Notes: generated from the sequence alone by a model not told the origin. Positions 7,792 through 17,645 are shown, counted from the first letter of the stretch. The stretch: DNA of 64,000 bases from Bacillota bacterium (GCA_023395595.1 JAEWYO010000070.1:36093-100092), one strand, 5' to 3'. Made by a program: numbers and translations.

Positions 7792-10434
7792 ATGAAAAAG
7801 GTATCTCTTGTGATTCTTCTCGGCTTATGCCTGTTGCTTGCTGCCTGCGGCACGCAACCGGGCAACACCGCAGAACAGCCCGCTGCGCAAACGCAAGCAG
7901 AAGCGGAAACAGCGACCCCCGCCAAGCTTGATGGAGCGAGCGCAGAGCCGGTTGACGTGCGTCTGGTTGTCAACGGCACCGTGCACCCGCTCAACGGGTT
8001 TGCACTCGATGGCGGTTACTTTTACCAACAGAAGGATGTAAGCGTTGCGCTGAGAGACGCGCAAGTGGAAGGCGTAAAGAGCTTTTCGCGCGATGGTGTT
8101 GACTACTTCGCGCTGGAGGACATCTGCGCCGGCAACGGGTATGACTACACACACGACGAAGTGCTCAAAGCGGATTATGTTTGGACGTATCCAGACGTGG
8201 GGCAGATTACGCAGTCCGACGACGAGCTGAGCCGCGCAGTGGAAAAAGGCTTCGGCGAAGCGCAGGCGGAGGATGCCGTGGTGACCTATCAGCAATTCTT
8301 TGTGATGCTGGATCGCGTGGTGGAGCTTTCGCAGCCGGACAAACTAGCCGATTGGCAAGCGCAGTTTCCCGAAGCGCGTGCTTCCAGCGATCCGATGACG
8401 CGCTATGAGGGCGCGAACGCGATCTTCAAGTGCGCAGTCGAGTTGGGGAAAGACTATCTGGCATTCTCGACCGATTGGTGGCCGATGAACGAAAAAATCG
8501 GCGAGAAAACATGGCGCGAGATGGAAAATGTCAAAGACCCGTTCCGCTATGTACCCAACAATAACCCTTATGTTAGTGGGGGCTTTGATGGGAATGACTT
8601 CTCACAGTGGGATGATCGCGGCGTAGCATATCGCTATATCTATGCGCGGTTGTCGCTTGTGAGCGGGAAATCGATTTTCGACTATGATGAAGCACAAAAC
8701 TCCATGTTGATGGACAAGCCGTTTACCGTTAACGCGGCTATGCTGGCGGCGCTTCGGTTGTATGATTCCAAATCGACCGGGGAAGGATCGGCCTTGCTGA
8801 CTGACCCGCAGGCGATCGCGTATGATCCTGCGATCATCACGCAGGAGCTGATGGATCGCGCAAATGCGCGACCGAAGGTGACAGCAGAGAACCTGCCAAT
8901 TCTCAAAGGGCTTGTGTTTGGTTGGAGCTCGGATTTTTTGGGGCTGCCAGCGTCCGAAGCGGAACTCAAGATGGTTGCCGACTGGGGATTCAATAGCGCA
9001 AGAGTCATGATTTCATACCAGACGATGTTTGATCAGGATGTGACGCATGTCGATTTGAATATGCTCAAACAGATCGATCATCTGGTTGCCGCTGCCATGA
9101 AATACAACATTCATCTGGACATCGTGGCGACCACTATGCCGGGGCGCTGGGCAAAATTCAACCCGGAAACATTCAAAAGCGAAGGTGATTTTGACCTTTT
9201 TACCAATCCAAAGCTGCAGAAACAGGCAGTGGATATGTGGACGATGCTTGCAGCACGTTATAAAGGAGTACCCAGTGCATCCTTGTCGTTCTGCCCGCTC
9301 TTTGAGGCATCCAATGGCAATTTGAGCACGGGGCTTCCCTTCAAGCCGTATCAATTTAAGGACACCGCGCATGTGTTTGACTTGCTCATTGGGGCTATTC
9401 AAGCGCAGGATGCAGATCGGCTTGTGGTTTATGAGGCTACATCGACTGGCGGCGCAAACGAAATCATAAAAGAAGGAGAACTGATACGATCCACGCTGGA
9501 AAGCAAGTATGACAACATCATGATGATGGAAAACTTCTTTCAAGGGGCATTTATCTACGCCAATATGACGGCGCAGGAAGGCGAGAACATCGACAACAAT
9601 AATCACAGCATGTTCCTCTCCAATTACCCGACTACGATCTATGCCGCGCAGCGGGAAATTATCAAGGGCCAACCGCTCGAACTGACGGGCGAGTTGGTCA
9701 GCGGTACGACACTGGAGCTGTATCTTTCGAAGATTCACGGGTCGGGGGATCTGGAAATCGTCGCGGACGGGCAGACGATCTATAGTGAATCTCTTGCGTC
9801 AAAGAACTATGACGTGAGCTATCCGATTTCGAAATATTACCCATTTGCAAAGAGCGACAAGTTGATTTCCGTCACGCTGGACCGCGACGTGCAAACGCTC
9901 GAAATCCGTTATAGCGGAAGTTCCTTTGAATGGAGCGGCATCAATGTTATCCTGCCGGATTCTTACGCTGTGGAACGCTGGTGGTATGAAACCGAGTATG
10001 ATGCGGCGCTGGAAGGACGCGCAGCGGAGCCGCCGGCACTCAAAAAGACATCGGTCGTCATGATCTGCCCGAACAGCTATGATGTGGGACGATTGCTCGT
10101 GATCCATCCAGACGTGACCTACTCTTCCGAATCGGTTTGGGATCAGTCCAACAAGGAAACGATTACAGCATGGGCAAAGACCGTGTCCGAATTTGCGCCG
10201 CACAGCGTTGTTCGTATTGAGACCGCAAACTTCAACGCGGTTGCGTTGGATCAGGCGCTTGCGTACTATCACGACATTTTCACTGCGCTCAATCAATATG
10301 GACTGGGTTGGTACAGCAACGATTATATCAACTTCACCGATGGCGGCAGGCGATATATGGGCGTCGAACCCGTGCAATACTTTGGTATCCCTCTGTGCAA
10401 AGAGCTGCTCGAGCAGCTACAATCGTTTGAGTAA
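7792..10434 (+). CDS. large secreted lipoprotein with a GH5-like (cellulase-family) central domain
   Basis: The ORF track starts at 7705, but GGAGGG followed by ATG 7792 gives MKKVSLVILLGLCLLLAAC (lipobox LAAC). The central segment ADWGFNSARVMISYQTMF resembles the start of the GH5 TIM barrel. I recognise neither flanking domain. Confidence 0.6.
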   Translation: MKKVSLVILLGLCLLLAACGTQPGNTAEQPAAQTQAEAETATPAKLDGASAEPVDVRLVVNGTVHPLNGFALDGGYFYQQKDVSVALRDAQVEGVKSFSRDGVDYFALEDICAGNGYDYTHDEVLKADYVWTYPDVGQITQSDDELSRAVEKGFGEAQAEDAVVTYQQFFVMLDRVVELSQPDKLADWQAQFPEARASSDPMTRYEGANAIFKCAVELGKDYLAFSTDWWPMNEKIGEKTWREMENVKDPFRYVPNNNPYVSGGFDGNDFSQWDDRGVAYRYIYARLSLVSGKSIFDYDEAQNSMLMDKPFTVNAAMLAALRLYDSKSTGEGSALLTDPQAIAYDPAIITQELMDRANARPKVTAENLPILKGLVFGWSSDFLGLPASEAELKMVADWGFNSARVMISYQTMFDQDVTHVDLNMLKQIDHLVAAAMKYNIHLDIVATTMPGRWAKFNPETFKSEGDFDLFTNPKLQKQAVDMWTMLAARYKGVPSASLSFCPLFEASNGNLSTGLPFKPYQFKDTAHVFDLLIGAIQAQDADRLVVYEATSTGGANEIIKEGELIRSTLESKYDNIMMMENFFQGAFIYANMTAQEGENIDNNNHSMFLSNYPTTIYAAQREIIKGQPLELTGELVSGTTLELYLSKIHGSGDLEIVADGQTIYSESLASKNYDVSYPISKYYPFAKSDKLISVTLDRDVQTLEIRYSGSSFEWSGINVILPDSYAVERWWYETEYDAALEGRAAEPPALKKTSVVMICPNSYDVGRLLVIHPDVTYSSESVWDQSNKETITAWAKTVSEFAPHSVVRIETANFNAVALDQALAYYHDIFTALNQYGLGWYSNDYINFTDGGRRYMGVEPVQYFGIPLCKELLEQLQSFE

Positions 10435-10505
10435 ACGCAATTTGCCGAAGCAGCTTTGACAGGCAAAGCAATCAAATCCTCCCAAAGACCATCCAATCAG
10501 CAACG

Positions 10506-10554
10506 AGGCACTGGCGAATCGTTCTATGGCAGAACCATTCGACCAGTGCCTTTT
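10506..10554 (+). terminator. strong rho-independent terminator
   Basis: A long imperfect stem AGGCACTGGCGAATCGTTCT / AGAACCATTCG(A)CCAGTGCCT is followed by TTTT. Confidence 0.75.
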
Positions 10555-10635
10555 AGTAGATTGATTGCATGAAAAACAGCTAATTTTCAGATTGTATTCT
10601 GTACGGAAATGTTGTTCAGCAGGTTTTGTTGGGTT

Positions 10636-11880
10636 TCAACGCGGACGGACTTCAAGTTTGAGCGCAAGATGCTGGCTTAGTTCTGGAATGATATCACGCA
10701 CACCGCCGAGAAAGGCCGGATGACTCCAGTCGCATTGGTTCTGATCCTGCAAACACTTGAGAAGCGTATGCAGCATGCTGATTCGCTCCTTTGGAAGCGC
10801 GGCTGTCTGCGTGATGTGTTCCAGCGAGGAAACATAGCGAGCCCATATCTGCGTGGAATCGATTTCCGAGAGCACACGATCCCGGATGCGATATCGATCC
10901 GGTGTTTTCGCCAACTGCTGCATCGCGTTGTTGAATTGCTCTTGCGTGCAAACGGAAAGTCCCCTTGCAGAGAAGTTGGCTGACTTCGCTGCCTCAAACA
11001 GTTCGTAATCGACCAATCCAATGGTGCCCAAATAACCGACAAGAATGGCGGGGATATTGAGCGAAACCGCTTCCAGCAAAGCACGTCCCATGGCGACGAC
11101 ACCGGAATAGCCTTCCCGCAGAACCTCATGCAGGTTGTTCACATGCCCCTTAAACACGATGTGCACCTTGTGCCTAAGACAAAATGATACGATTTGGCGC
11201 TTGTTGCGCTCAGCTTCCTGGGTGAAATCTCCGAATAGATGGATTTCATGAACCGATGCCCGCGCGAGCTTCTCAATTGCATCCATAATGCCCGGTGTCT
11301 TCGCACGGTCAAATCGACTCACGATTGCCCAAGGCCCTTTTTCAGAAACAGTGGCCGGCTTGAACCGGTTTGTATCCACTCCGTTTGGGACAATGCTCGT
11401 GTTGGCTGTGTAGATGTGCAACAGATTGCTCAAATCGGAAGAGGTTGCGACAACTAAATCAGCATTCTGCAAGCAAAGATGATAGATCAGTGTGTGATAA
11501 TACGGATCTTTGTATGATTCCAAAACATTCGCCGCCCCATGAATGGTGATGACGACGGGTTTGCGCATCGCGTTTGCAGCCAGCACAGCAGGAAGAATGG
11601 AGTTGAAGGGATGCGCCTCCACCAAATCGATGTTATGCTCACGGATGATTGCGCAGAGCTTGTCAACAACTCGGCACATTTGATTTGCACTGCTATAGAA
11701 CGCCATTCCGATACCGTGCGTGACCTTTTGAACACCCAAATTGCGGTTAAACTCTTCATCAAAATTGTTGACGGCAAACCAGACCGAATGACCGCGTGCG
11801 GTGCAGTAGCTCGAAAAATCCTGCATCCGTGTTTCTAGTCCGCCATAGAGAAGATTTTCACTGACAATTAGAATATTCAT
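10636..11880 (-). CDS. GT4-family (group 1) glycosyltransferase
   Basis: 414 aa. The N-terminus MNILIVSENLLYGGLETR and the GT-B style C-terminal half fit GT4. A GGAGG RBS lies upstream of the ATG at 11880. Confidence 0.75.
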   Translation of the reverse strand: MNILIVSENLLYGGLETRMQDFSSYCTARGHSVWFAVNNFDEEFNRNLGVQKVTHGIGMAFYSSANQMCRVVDKLCAIIREHNIDLVEAHPFNSILPAVLAANAMRKPVVITIHGAANVLESYKDPYYHTLIYHLCLQNADLVVATSSDLSNLLHIYTANTSIVPNGVDTNRFKPATVSEKGPWAIVSRFDRAKTPGIMDAIEKLARASVHEIHLFGDFTQEAERNKRQIVSFCLRHKVHIVFKGHVNNLHEVLREGYSGVVAMGRALLEAVSLNIPAILVGYLGTIGLVDYELFEAAKSANFSARGLSVCTQEQFNNAMQQLAKTPDRYRIRDRVLSEIDSTQIWARYVSSLEHITQTAALPKERISMLHTLLKCLQDQNQCDWSHPAFLGGVRDIIPELSQHLALKLEVRPR

Positions 11881-12141
11881 GTTTGCCTCCTAGTGCCTTG
11901 GCAAGCGTTGTTTCGTCTCTCACAAGGGAACCGATCGCTGTACTCAATCGATGGAATCGAAACTGCTGATTCAAAGTACGGTTACGATGCGTGTTATGTC
12001 TGAAAGAGACAGATTTCGCACTGCGGTTATTGGATGTTGTTTCGTTTTGCTGTATGCAAGTTGGGCGTGATCGCTCAGCTTGATCACGCGCGTTGAAAAA
12101 ACAATAAGTTTTCTTGCGCCGGGCTCGATCAACTTGGGGTA

Positions 12142-14445
12142 TTAGCGTAGGGTTGAAAGAAAGTGCGCAATTTCACTCATTCCATTCAAGTGGACGCGCA
12201 AGAGCCGATCTAAGATTCGGAAATTTTCCTCAACCATCTTTTGGCGCTCCGCCTCGGAGGGCAGCTTTCCTTGAATGAGTTGCTCATAGGACACGTATTG
12301 CATCCCCAGCGCGCAGAAGTCTCCTATCGTTGGCGACTTTAGTATGGGGATTACGCCGTGCTGCAGGTACTCCATGATTTTCGTCGGGCAAGCAACGTGA
12401 TTGACCGCAATATCATCTCGCAATACGAACCCATACTGCGCGATTTTATATTCCTCTTCCATTTCTTCCGGTGGCCGGGATAACACGCTGATTTGTTGCA
12501 TTGCGGCGCGTTTTCCCCAGGACTTTACGAACAGCTTTGGATTCGGCACCAGAATTCGATACCTTAGGGTTTGCATGGTCTGTTCCATCACATCCTGCAT
12601 CAAGGCGATATTTTGCCAGGATTGTAGCCCGCCGGCATAGACAATCAGCGGCGGCGTGAATGCCTTGTGATCGGTAGAACCGCTCTTGATGCTAAGCGAC
12701 CCGGGAGAAAAAATCGGCAACACGATGATTTGCGCATGGGTTGCGCCGTGTTTTTGCCGCAAGTGCCTCGTCATGGACTCCGTAACGGTCAGTATCACAT
12801 CGACATGCGTGTATAGGAACGCTTCCACGTCATTTGCAACGCTGCAACTGGCGCGCTTACCATTCAGCAGATATTCTTCCGGCACGGCGCCGTGGACATC
12901 CCAAATTCGCTTCACACCTTCCTGCGCAAACACCTGCAGCATTCCTTCGTGAATGCGGTCGGTCATAAAGCGCAAAAGACTGTGTGTATAGATGAGCCCC
13001 GCTTCACGTGTAAGTTGAAACAACAAATTCCGGTTGGTTGGATTATGACTATTCAACCGAATGTAGAGATGCTCTGCATCGACGCGGATCACATTCCAGT
13101 CATCCAGCTGCGAGCCATCGTCATAGAGATAGATTCGTAAGTATCCGTGGAACACGGTTTCATCAATCGCCTTAACGCGCTGGATATAGCCGTCTTTGTC
13201 ATTCGAGATGTCAAAGATTGGTGCAAATATGCAGACGCAACCCCGGCCCTGACGGCTTTCTCGAATCGCCTCCATAACCTGCTCAAACTTGGCTGTGCGC
13301 AGCGCACTCTGCTTCTTGGACGGCATCATGCTGCTACGCAGTTGATCCACTGGCAACAGCTTCGATGCTTTGCGGAACGCTTTTCTTGCGACGAGCTTTA
13401 GCAGACGGCTGCCGGAAATGGAGTCCTCTGTGAAAAACTGCCTCGTGTCTTTCGCTTGCGGTGCGCCGCCGCTCTGCTTGTTTGTCCGAACATTTTCTTT
13501 TTGCAGCGACGGATCAAACGCGCTTGCCGCAACGCAGCGGTTGATTTGGGTTTGGGTCTGCGCAATGGAATCGTTGATGCGCTCGAGTGTCCAGGGATTC
13601 GTCGATTGGTTTGAACAATACAGCAGGTCTTGACGGCAGGATTGCAGTTGCATGGCGGCGCTGTTCAGAATGCCGCTGCAACCGCTCTCTCCAGGCATTG
13701 GGCGATCCTTACTGACGGCCTCTTCTTGTTGCAGAGTATCCTGCGAAGCGGGAGTGTCGGAACCGAAGTGATGCACAAAGCAGCCGCGCGCAATCAGCAC
13801 ACGATACCCTGCATTTCGGATGCGCGCCCAATCGATTCGATCCTGCGTAAGAATAGAATCAGACGTATCATCGAACAAACCGGCGGAATCGATCACTCTG
13901 CGCGAAAAAATCGTAAGGAAGCAGGAAAGAGCCGTCGTTTTTGTTTGATAGGTACCATAGGCAGCGAATCGCATCCGCGCGTGTTTGTTCGCAAGGAAAA
14001 TACTTTCGCGCTGTTTTTCTGCGGCATAGTCGATGCTGACAGCTTGCTCGTTTTGAGCGCAATTCGTGACCGGTCCGATGACATCAGGATCTCCGTGCAA
14101 AAGAATCTCCAACCATTCATCCGTAACCAGTACGTCCACATGCAGGACGCAGATGTGTGTGATGGATGGGTCCGTGAGGAATCGTTGAATGGCGGCATTA
14201 CAGCTGCTTTGAAATCCGAGATAATCCCGGGATTGGATGAAAAAATCGCTTGTCGATTGTTTTTGCTTGTGATAGGCGGCGAACAGAGCGTCTGCCGATT
14301 CTGCGTTTTTGGTAGCGGTGCAATCGTCGATGATGCCAACGGAGAAGCGGATGCTTGTTTTTGCCCGGATGATGGACTCCAGGCAAAGGCTCAAACATTC
14401 GCTTTCGTTGAAGTTTGCGATTACAATTCCGACATGCATAGGCAT
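12142..14445 (-). CDS. bifunctional glycosyltransferase (N-terminal GT2/GT-A domain plus C-terminal GT-B-like domain)
   Basis: 767 aa. GIVIANFNESECLSLCLESI...IDDCT is the GT2 signature. A low-complexity linker follows. The C-terminal 380 aa or so (IWDVHGAVPEEY ... CPTKIMEYLQHGVIPIL) resembles a GT-B transferase. Confidence 0.7.
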   Translation of the reverse strand: MPMHVGIVIANFNESECLSLCLESIIRAKTSIRFSVGIIDDCTATKNAESADALFAAYHKQKQSTSDFFIQSRDYLGFQSSCNAAIQRFLTDPSITHICVLHVDVLVTDEWLEILLHGDPDVIGPVTNCAQNEQAVSIDYAAEKQRESIFLANKHARMRFAAYGTYQTKTTALSCFLTIFSRRVIDSAGLFDDTSDSILTQDRIDWARIRNAGYRVLIARGCFVHHFGSDTPASQDTLQQEEAVSKDRPMPGESGCSGILNSAAMQLQSCRQDLLYCSNQSTNPWTLERINDSIAQTQTQINRCVAASAFDPSLQKENVRTNKQSGGAPQAKDTRQFFTEDSISGSRLLKLVARKAFRKASKLLPVDQLRSSMMPSKKQSALRTAKFEQVMEAIRESRQGRGCVCIFAPIFDISNDKDGYIQRVKAIDETVFHGYLRIYLYDDGSQLDDWNVIRVDAEHLYIRLNSHNPTNRNLLFQLTREAGLIYTHSLLRFMTDRIHEGMLQVFAQEGVKRIWDVHGAVPEEYLLNGKRASCSVANDVEAFLYTHVDVILTVTESMTRHLRQKHGATHAQIIVLPIFSPGSLSIKSGSTDHKAFTPPLIVYAGGLQSWQNIALMQDVMEQTMQTLRYRILVPNPKLFVKSWGKRAAMQQISVLSRPPEEMEEEYKIAQYGFVLRDDIAVNHVACPTKIMEYLQHGVIPILKSPTIGDFCALGMQYVSYEQLIQGKLPSEAERQKMVEENFRILDRLLRVHLNGMSEIAHFLSTLR

Positions 14446-14459
14446 TCTCCGTCGTCTAT

Positions 14460-15602
14460 TTACTCCATTGCGTGCGGGGACTCATACGCGATGCTCCAGT
14501 CGCTGACACATTCTCCGGCGAGAATATGGGCAATTCTATTGCTGGCATATCCATCCCCGTAGGGATTGGTGGCGTTCTGCATCGCGCGATATGCATCGGG
14601 GTTGGATAAGAGTATACTGGCTTGCTGAAAGATCGATGCTTCTTCCGTTCCAACAAGCCGCAGGGTGCCTGCCAGAATCCCTTCCGGCCGTTCTGTCGTA
14701 TCCCGCATGACGAGCACGGGCACATGGAGAGCGGGTGCCTCTTCTTGTATGCCGCCGCTGTCCGTCAAGATCACGTAAGAGCGTGCCATAAAATTATGAA
14801 AGTCTATCACACTGAGCGGCTCGATGATGCGAACTCGATCACATCCGTCCAGGATTTCCTTGGCTGCGGCACGGACCAGCGGATTTTTGTGGATGGGATA
14901 GATCACGTACGTATCTGGAAAGGCTTCAACAATGCGGCGGATGGCACGAAACATGCGGCTGAGTGGTTCACCGAGGCTTTCGCGGCGATGCGCAGTGAGC
15001 AGGATGATACGCCGGTTCCCGGCGCGCTCCAGTTCTGGATGCGTATAGGTGGCAGCCACGGTTGTTCGCAGGGCATCCAAGGCTGTATTTCCGGTGACGT
15101 ATATGCGGTCGGCCGCTTTTCCTTCCCGTACGAGGTTGCCTTTTGCCGTCATGGTCGGCGCAAAATGATACGCCGCCAGGGAACCGACGGCTTGCCGGTT
15201 GAATTCTTCCGGATACGGTGAGAAAACATTATAGGTTCGAAGCCCGGCTTCTACGTGACCAACCGGGATTTGCATATAGTAGGACGCGAGCGAAGAAGCA
15301 AATGCGGTTGTCGTATCACCGTGAACCAGCAATACATCGGGCTTTTCCGTCTCGAGTATTCCTTGCATGCGTGTCAGTATCGTTGTTGTGATGTCAAAAA
15401 GGGTTTGTTGCTGCTTCATGATATTGAGATCGTAATCGGGAACTACCTGAAACGCGTCCAACACTTGATCAAGCATTTCACGATGCTGACCTGTGACACA
15501 TACAACAACAGTGAATCCTGGCGTTCTTTTCAGCTCCAGATAGAGAGGGCACATCTTGATTGCTTCCGGTCTGGTACCGAATACGAGCATAATCTTCTTC
15601 AT
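14460..15602 (-). CDS. wecB: UDP-N-acetylglucosamine 2-epimerase (non-hydrolysing)
   Basis: 380 aa. Motifs MLVFGTRPEAIKMCPL, HVEAGLRT and DSGGIQEEAPALHVPVLVMRDTTERPE are typical of WecB/MnaA. Confidence 0.9.
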   Translation of the reverse strand: MKKIMLVFGTRPEAIKMCPLYLELKRTPGFTVVVCVTGQHREMLDQVLDAFQVVPDYDLNIMKQQQTLFDITTTILTRMQGILETEKPDVLLVHGDTTTAFASSLASYYMQIPVGHVEAGLRTYNVFSPYPEEFNRQAVGSLAAYHFAPTMTAKGNLVREGKAADRIYVTGNTALDALRTTVAATYTHPELERAGNRRIILLTAHRRESLGEPLSRMFRAIRRIVEAFPDTYVIYPIHKNPLVRAAAKEILDGCDRVRIIEPLSVIDFHNFMARSYVILTDSGGIQEEAPALHVPVLVMRDTTERPEGILAGTLRLVGTEEASIFQQASILLSNPDAYRAMQNATNPYGDGYASNRIAHILAGECVSDWSIAYESPHAME

Positions 15603-16007
15603 GGCGTCTCTTTCCGAAGTTGAAATTGTGTACGTTGAGTCTATCTAGCGTTTGCACTGGATTTCGCACAAGTGGGGCAAAAGAAAGGGATAATAGTTCT
15701 TACTTTCGAATGTTAAAGTTGTTTCAATATTGTAACATGTAGTTGAACTGTGTGCACACAATTCCTTGCAATGGGAATGTGAGATAAACAAAAGTGGACA
15801 GTAAAATATTCGAAATCCGCGATGGATGTGATACTCATCACGGGCACCAACAAGCTTGCCCGTCTGGATCACGCGACTCTGGTATTGGGTGTCAAACGCG
15901 CGAACCACGATTGGTTTAAAATCGATTCCGTGAGCGGCAAGCAAACGATTCGATAACCGCGATCAATACCAACCCGACTTTGTAATACAAAAAAGAAAAG
16001 GCAGTCC

Positions 16008-16017
16008 GGATCGAACC
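16008..16017. repeat. left copy of the 10-bp target-site duplication GGATCGAACC
   Basis: An identical 10-mer directly flanks both IS ends (16008-16017 and 17646-17655). Confidence 0.85.
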
Positions 16018-16050
16018 CAATGTCATTAAGTTAAGCCCTTGAGCAACAAC
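16018..16050 (+). repeat. IS left terminal inverted repeat
   Basis: CAATGTCATTAAGTTAAGCCCTTGAGCAACAAC pairs with the right end. The first 21 bp match 20/21, and an inner GCAACAA block is also shared. Confidence 0.85.
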
Positions 16051-16183
16051 ACATAAGAACCGAGTACGACGAAAAACGTACCCGGTTCTTTTTCATCGGG
16101 ATATTTTGAAGAAAAAGATTGACAAAGAGGTAAAAATTTGCGGCGAAGCCCCTTGAAAGAAAATATTTCAAGGAGGTTTAGCG

Positions 16184-17488
16184 GTGAGTTTTGCCGAGAG
16201 AGTGAAAGAAGTTTTACTGGAAAGAATACACGAGATGTCAGCCAACGCATGGTTGTTTGTGCAAAATCCAGAGAGCGATTTTACGAGAAAGAGAAAGCTG
16301 GATTTTGAAACGATGCTCCGGTGCCTGATTGCAATGGAGAGCGGAAGCCTGCAAAAAGAGCTGCTGGAGATGTTCCGATTTAACCCGGATACTGCAACGG
16401 TTTCCGCGTTTTATCAGCAGCGCAGAAAAATATTGCCGGAAGCATGGGAGTTTCTGCTTTGTGATTTTAACAAAGCCTTTGAAGTCAGCAAGACGTATCG
16501 CGGGTATCGTTTGCTCGTCTGCGATGGAACTTCCTTAAACATTGCACGAAACCCAGATGATCAAGAAAACTACTATCAGACCTCTTCCGACGCGAAGGGA
16601 TATAATCTTCTTCACCTGAATGCCATGTATGACTTGTGTGAAAGGCGATATATGGATGCCATTATCCAGCCCGGAAGAACGAATAACGAGTGCCGCGCAA
16701 TGGCGGATATGATCGACCGGAGCAATTCCGGGCACAAGACGATCTTCCTTGCGGATCGCGGGTACGAATCTTACAACATTTTTGCTCACGTCGAACAGCA
16801 CGAGATGTTTTATCTAATTCGGGTGAAGGATAGCCCCAGCAGGAGCATACTTTCCGGTCTTTCTTTGCCGCAGTCAGGGGAATTCGATACGAACGTACAT
16901 TTGACGCTGACTCGCAAGCAAACAAAACAAGCAAGAGCCTGCTCAGGGATCTATAGATTTCTCGCGAATAAAAGCACTTTTGACTATCTGAATCAAAACG
17001 AATTCTATCCGATCACCTTGCGAGTTGTGCGTTTCCGTCTGTCTGCCGACACCTATGAATGCGTGATCACTAATCTACCGAACGACGAATTCCCGCCGGA
17101 CGAACTCAAAAAGCTCTACGCAATGCGTTGGGGAATCGAGACATCTTTTCGTGAATTGAAATACGCAATCGGGTTGAGTTGCTTTCATTCAAAAAAGGTG
17201 GAGTATATCAAGCAAGAAATCTTTGCCCGGCTGGTTCTCTACAATTTCTGCGAGATCATCACAACCCATGTGGTGATTCAGCGAAAAGACTTCAAGTACG
17301 TCTACCAAATCAACTATACCATGGCGATCCATTTTTGCCGGTATTTCCTTCGTTGTACTCCTGATATATCTCCACCCAATGTTGAGTTGATGCTACACAA
17401 ACTTCTGCTTCCCGTCAGATCTGGGCGCAGCGACCCTCGAAAAGTCACGCCTAAGTCGGTTGTCAGCTTTTTGTATCGCGTAGCTTAA
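16184..17488 (+). CDS. IS4-family DDE transposase
   Basis: 434 aa, GTG start with an AAGGAGG RBS. The DDE candidates are LLVCDGTSLN, IFLADRGYESYN and YAMRWGIETSFRELK; the last shows the IS4 Y-x2-R-x3-E-x6-K signature. Confidence 0.9.
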   Translation: MSFAERVKEVLLERIHEMSANAWLFVQNPESDFTRKRKLDFETMLRCLIAMESGSLQKELLEMFRFNPDTATVSAFYQQRRKILPEAWEFLLCDFNKAFEVSKTYRGYRLLVCDGTSLNIARNPDDQENYYQTSSDAKGYNLLHLNAMYDLCERRYMDAIIQPGRTNNECRAMADMIDRSNSGHKTIFLADRGYESYNIFAHVEQHEMFYLIRVKDSPSRSILSGLSLPQSGEFDTNVHLTLTRKQTKQARACSGIYRFLANKSTFDYLNQNEFYPITLRVVRFRLSADTYECVITNLPNDEFPPDELKKLYAMRWGIETSFRELKYAIGLSCFHSKKVEYIKQEIFARLVLYNFCEIITTHVVIQRKDFKYVYQINYTMAIHFCRYFLRCTPDISPPNVELMLHKLLLPVRSGRSDPRKVTPKSVVSFLYRVA

Positions 17489-17610
17489 CCCTCTTTGAAT
17501 ATACCTTCATTGTCGGCAGATGGCAATCTGTCTGTTTGTGTCGTCTTCGTGTGCAGATAAAAGGCAGCGGACTGTTGTGTCTCAGTCTCGCTGCCTTGTC
17601 TTGGTATTGG

Positions 17611-17645
17611 ATTGTTGCTTTGAGGGGCTTATCTTAATGACATTG
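17611..17645 (-). repeat. IS right terminal inverted repeat
   Basis: The reverse complement reads CAATGTCATTAAGATAAGCCCCTCAAAGCAACAAT. Confidence 0.85.

Larger units (their letters stand above)
16018..17645 (+). mobile_element. complete IS4-family insertion sequence (1628 bp)
   Basis: The terminal inverted repeats are CAATGTCATTAAGTTAAGCCC (left) and CAATGTCATTAAGATAAGCCC (right, reverse complement), 20 of 21 identical. There is a single DDE transposase ORF and a flanking 10-bp direct duplication. Confidence 0.9.

Noticed and set aside
13630-14562. A 310-aa plus-strand ORF across the 5' part of the dual glycosyltransferase gene and the 3' end of wecB.
   Set aside because: It is antisense to two genes with clear GT2 and WecB motifs. 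It has no RBS and no motifs of its own.
15645-15944. A 99-aa minus-strand ORF in the AT-rich gap between wecB and the IS. Its N-terminal part (LLAAHGIDFKPIVVRAFDTQYQSRVIQTGKLVGARDEYHIH) looks more protein-like than its tail.
   Set aside because: It has a TTG start without an RBS, no family I can name, and a hydrophobic, Cys-rich nonsense-like C-terminus. It may be a relic of a destroyed gene, but the evidence is too weak to call either a CDS or a pseudogene.
16001-16020. The GGTTCGATCC-like sequence (reverse complement of GGATCGAACC) at both IS junctions resembles a tRNA T-arm, which could suggest insertion into a tRNA gene.
   Set aside because: No acceptor, D or anticodon arms can be drawn in the reconstructed empty site. 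The 34-nt joined sequence instead folds into a single hairpin followed by a U-tract, so it is a terminator.
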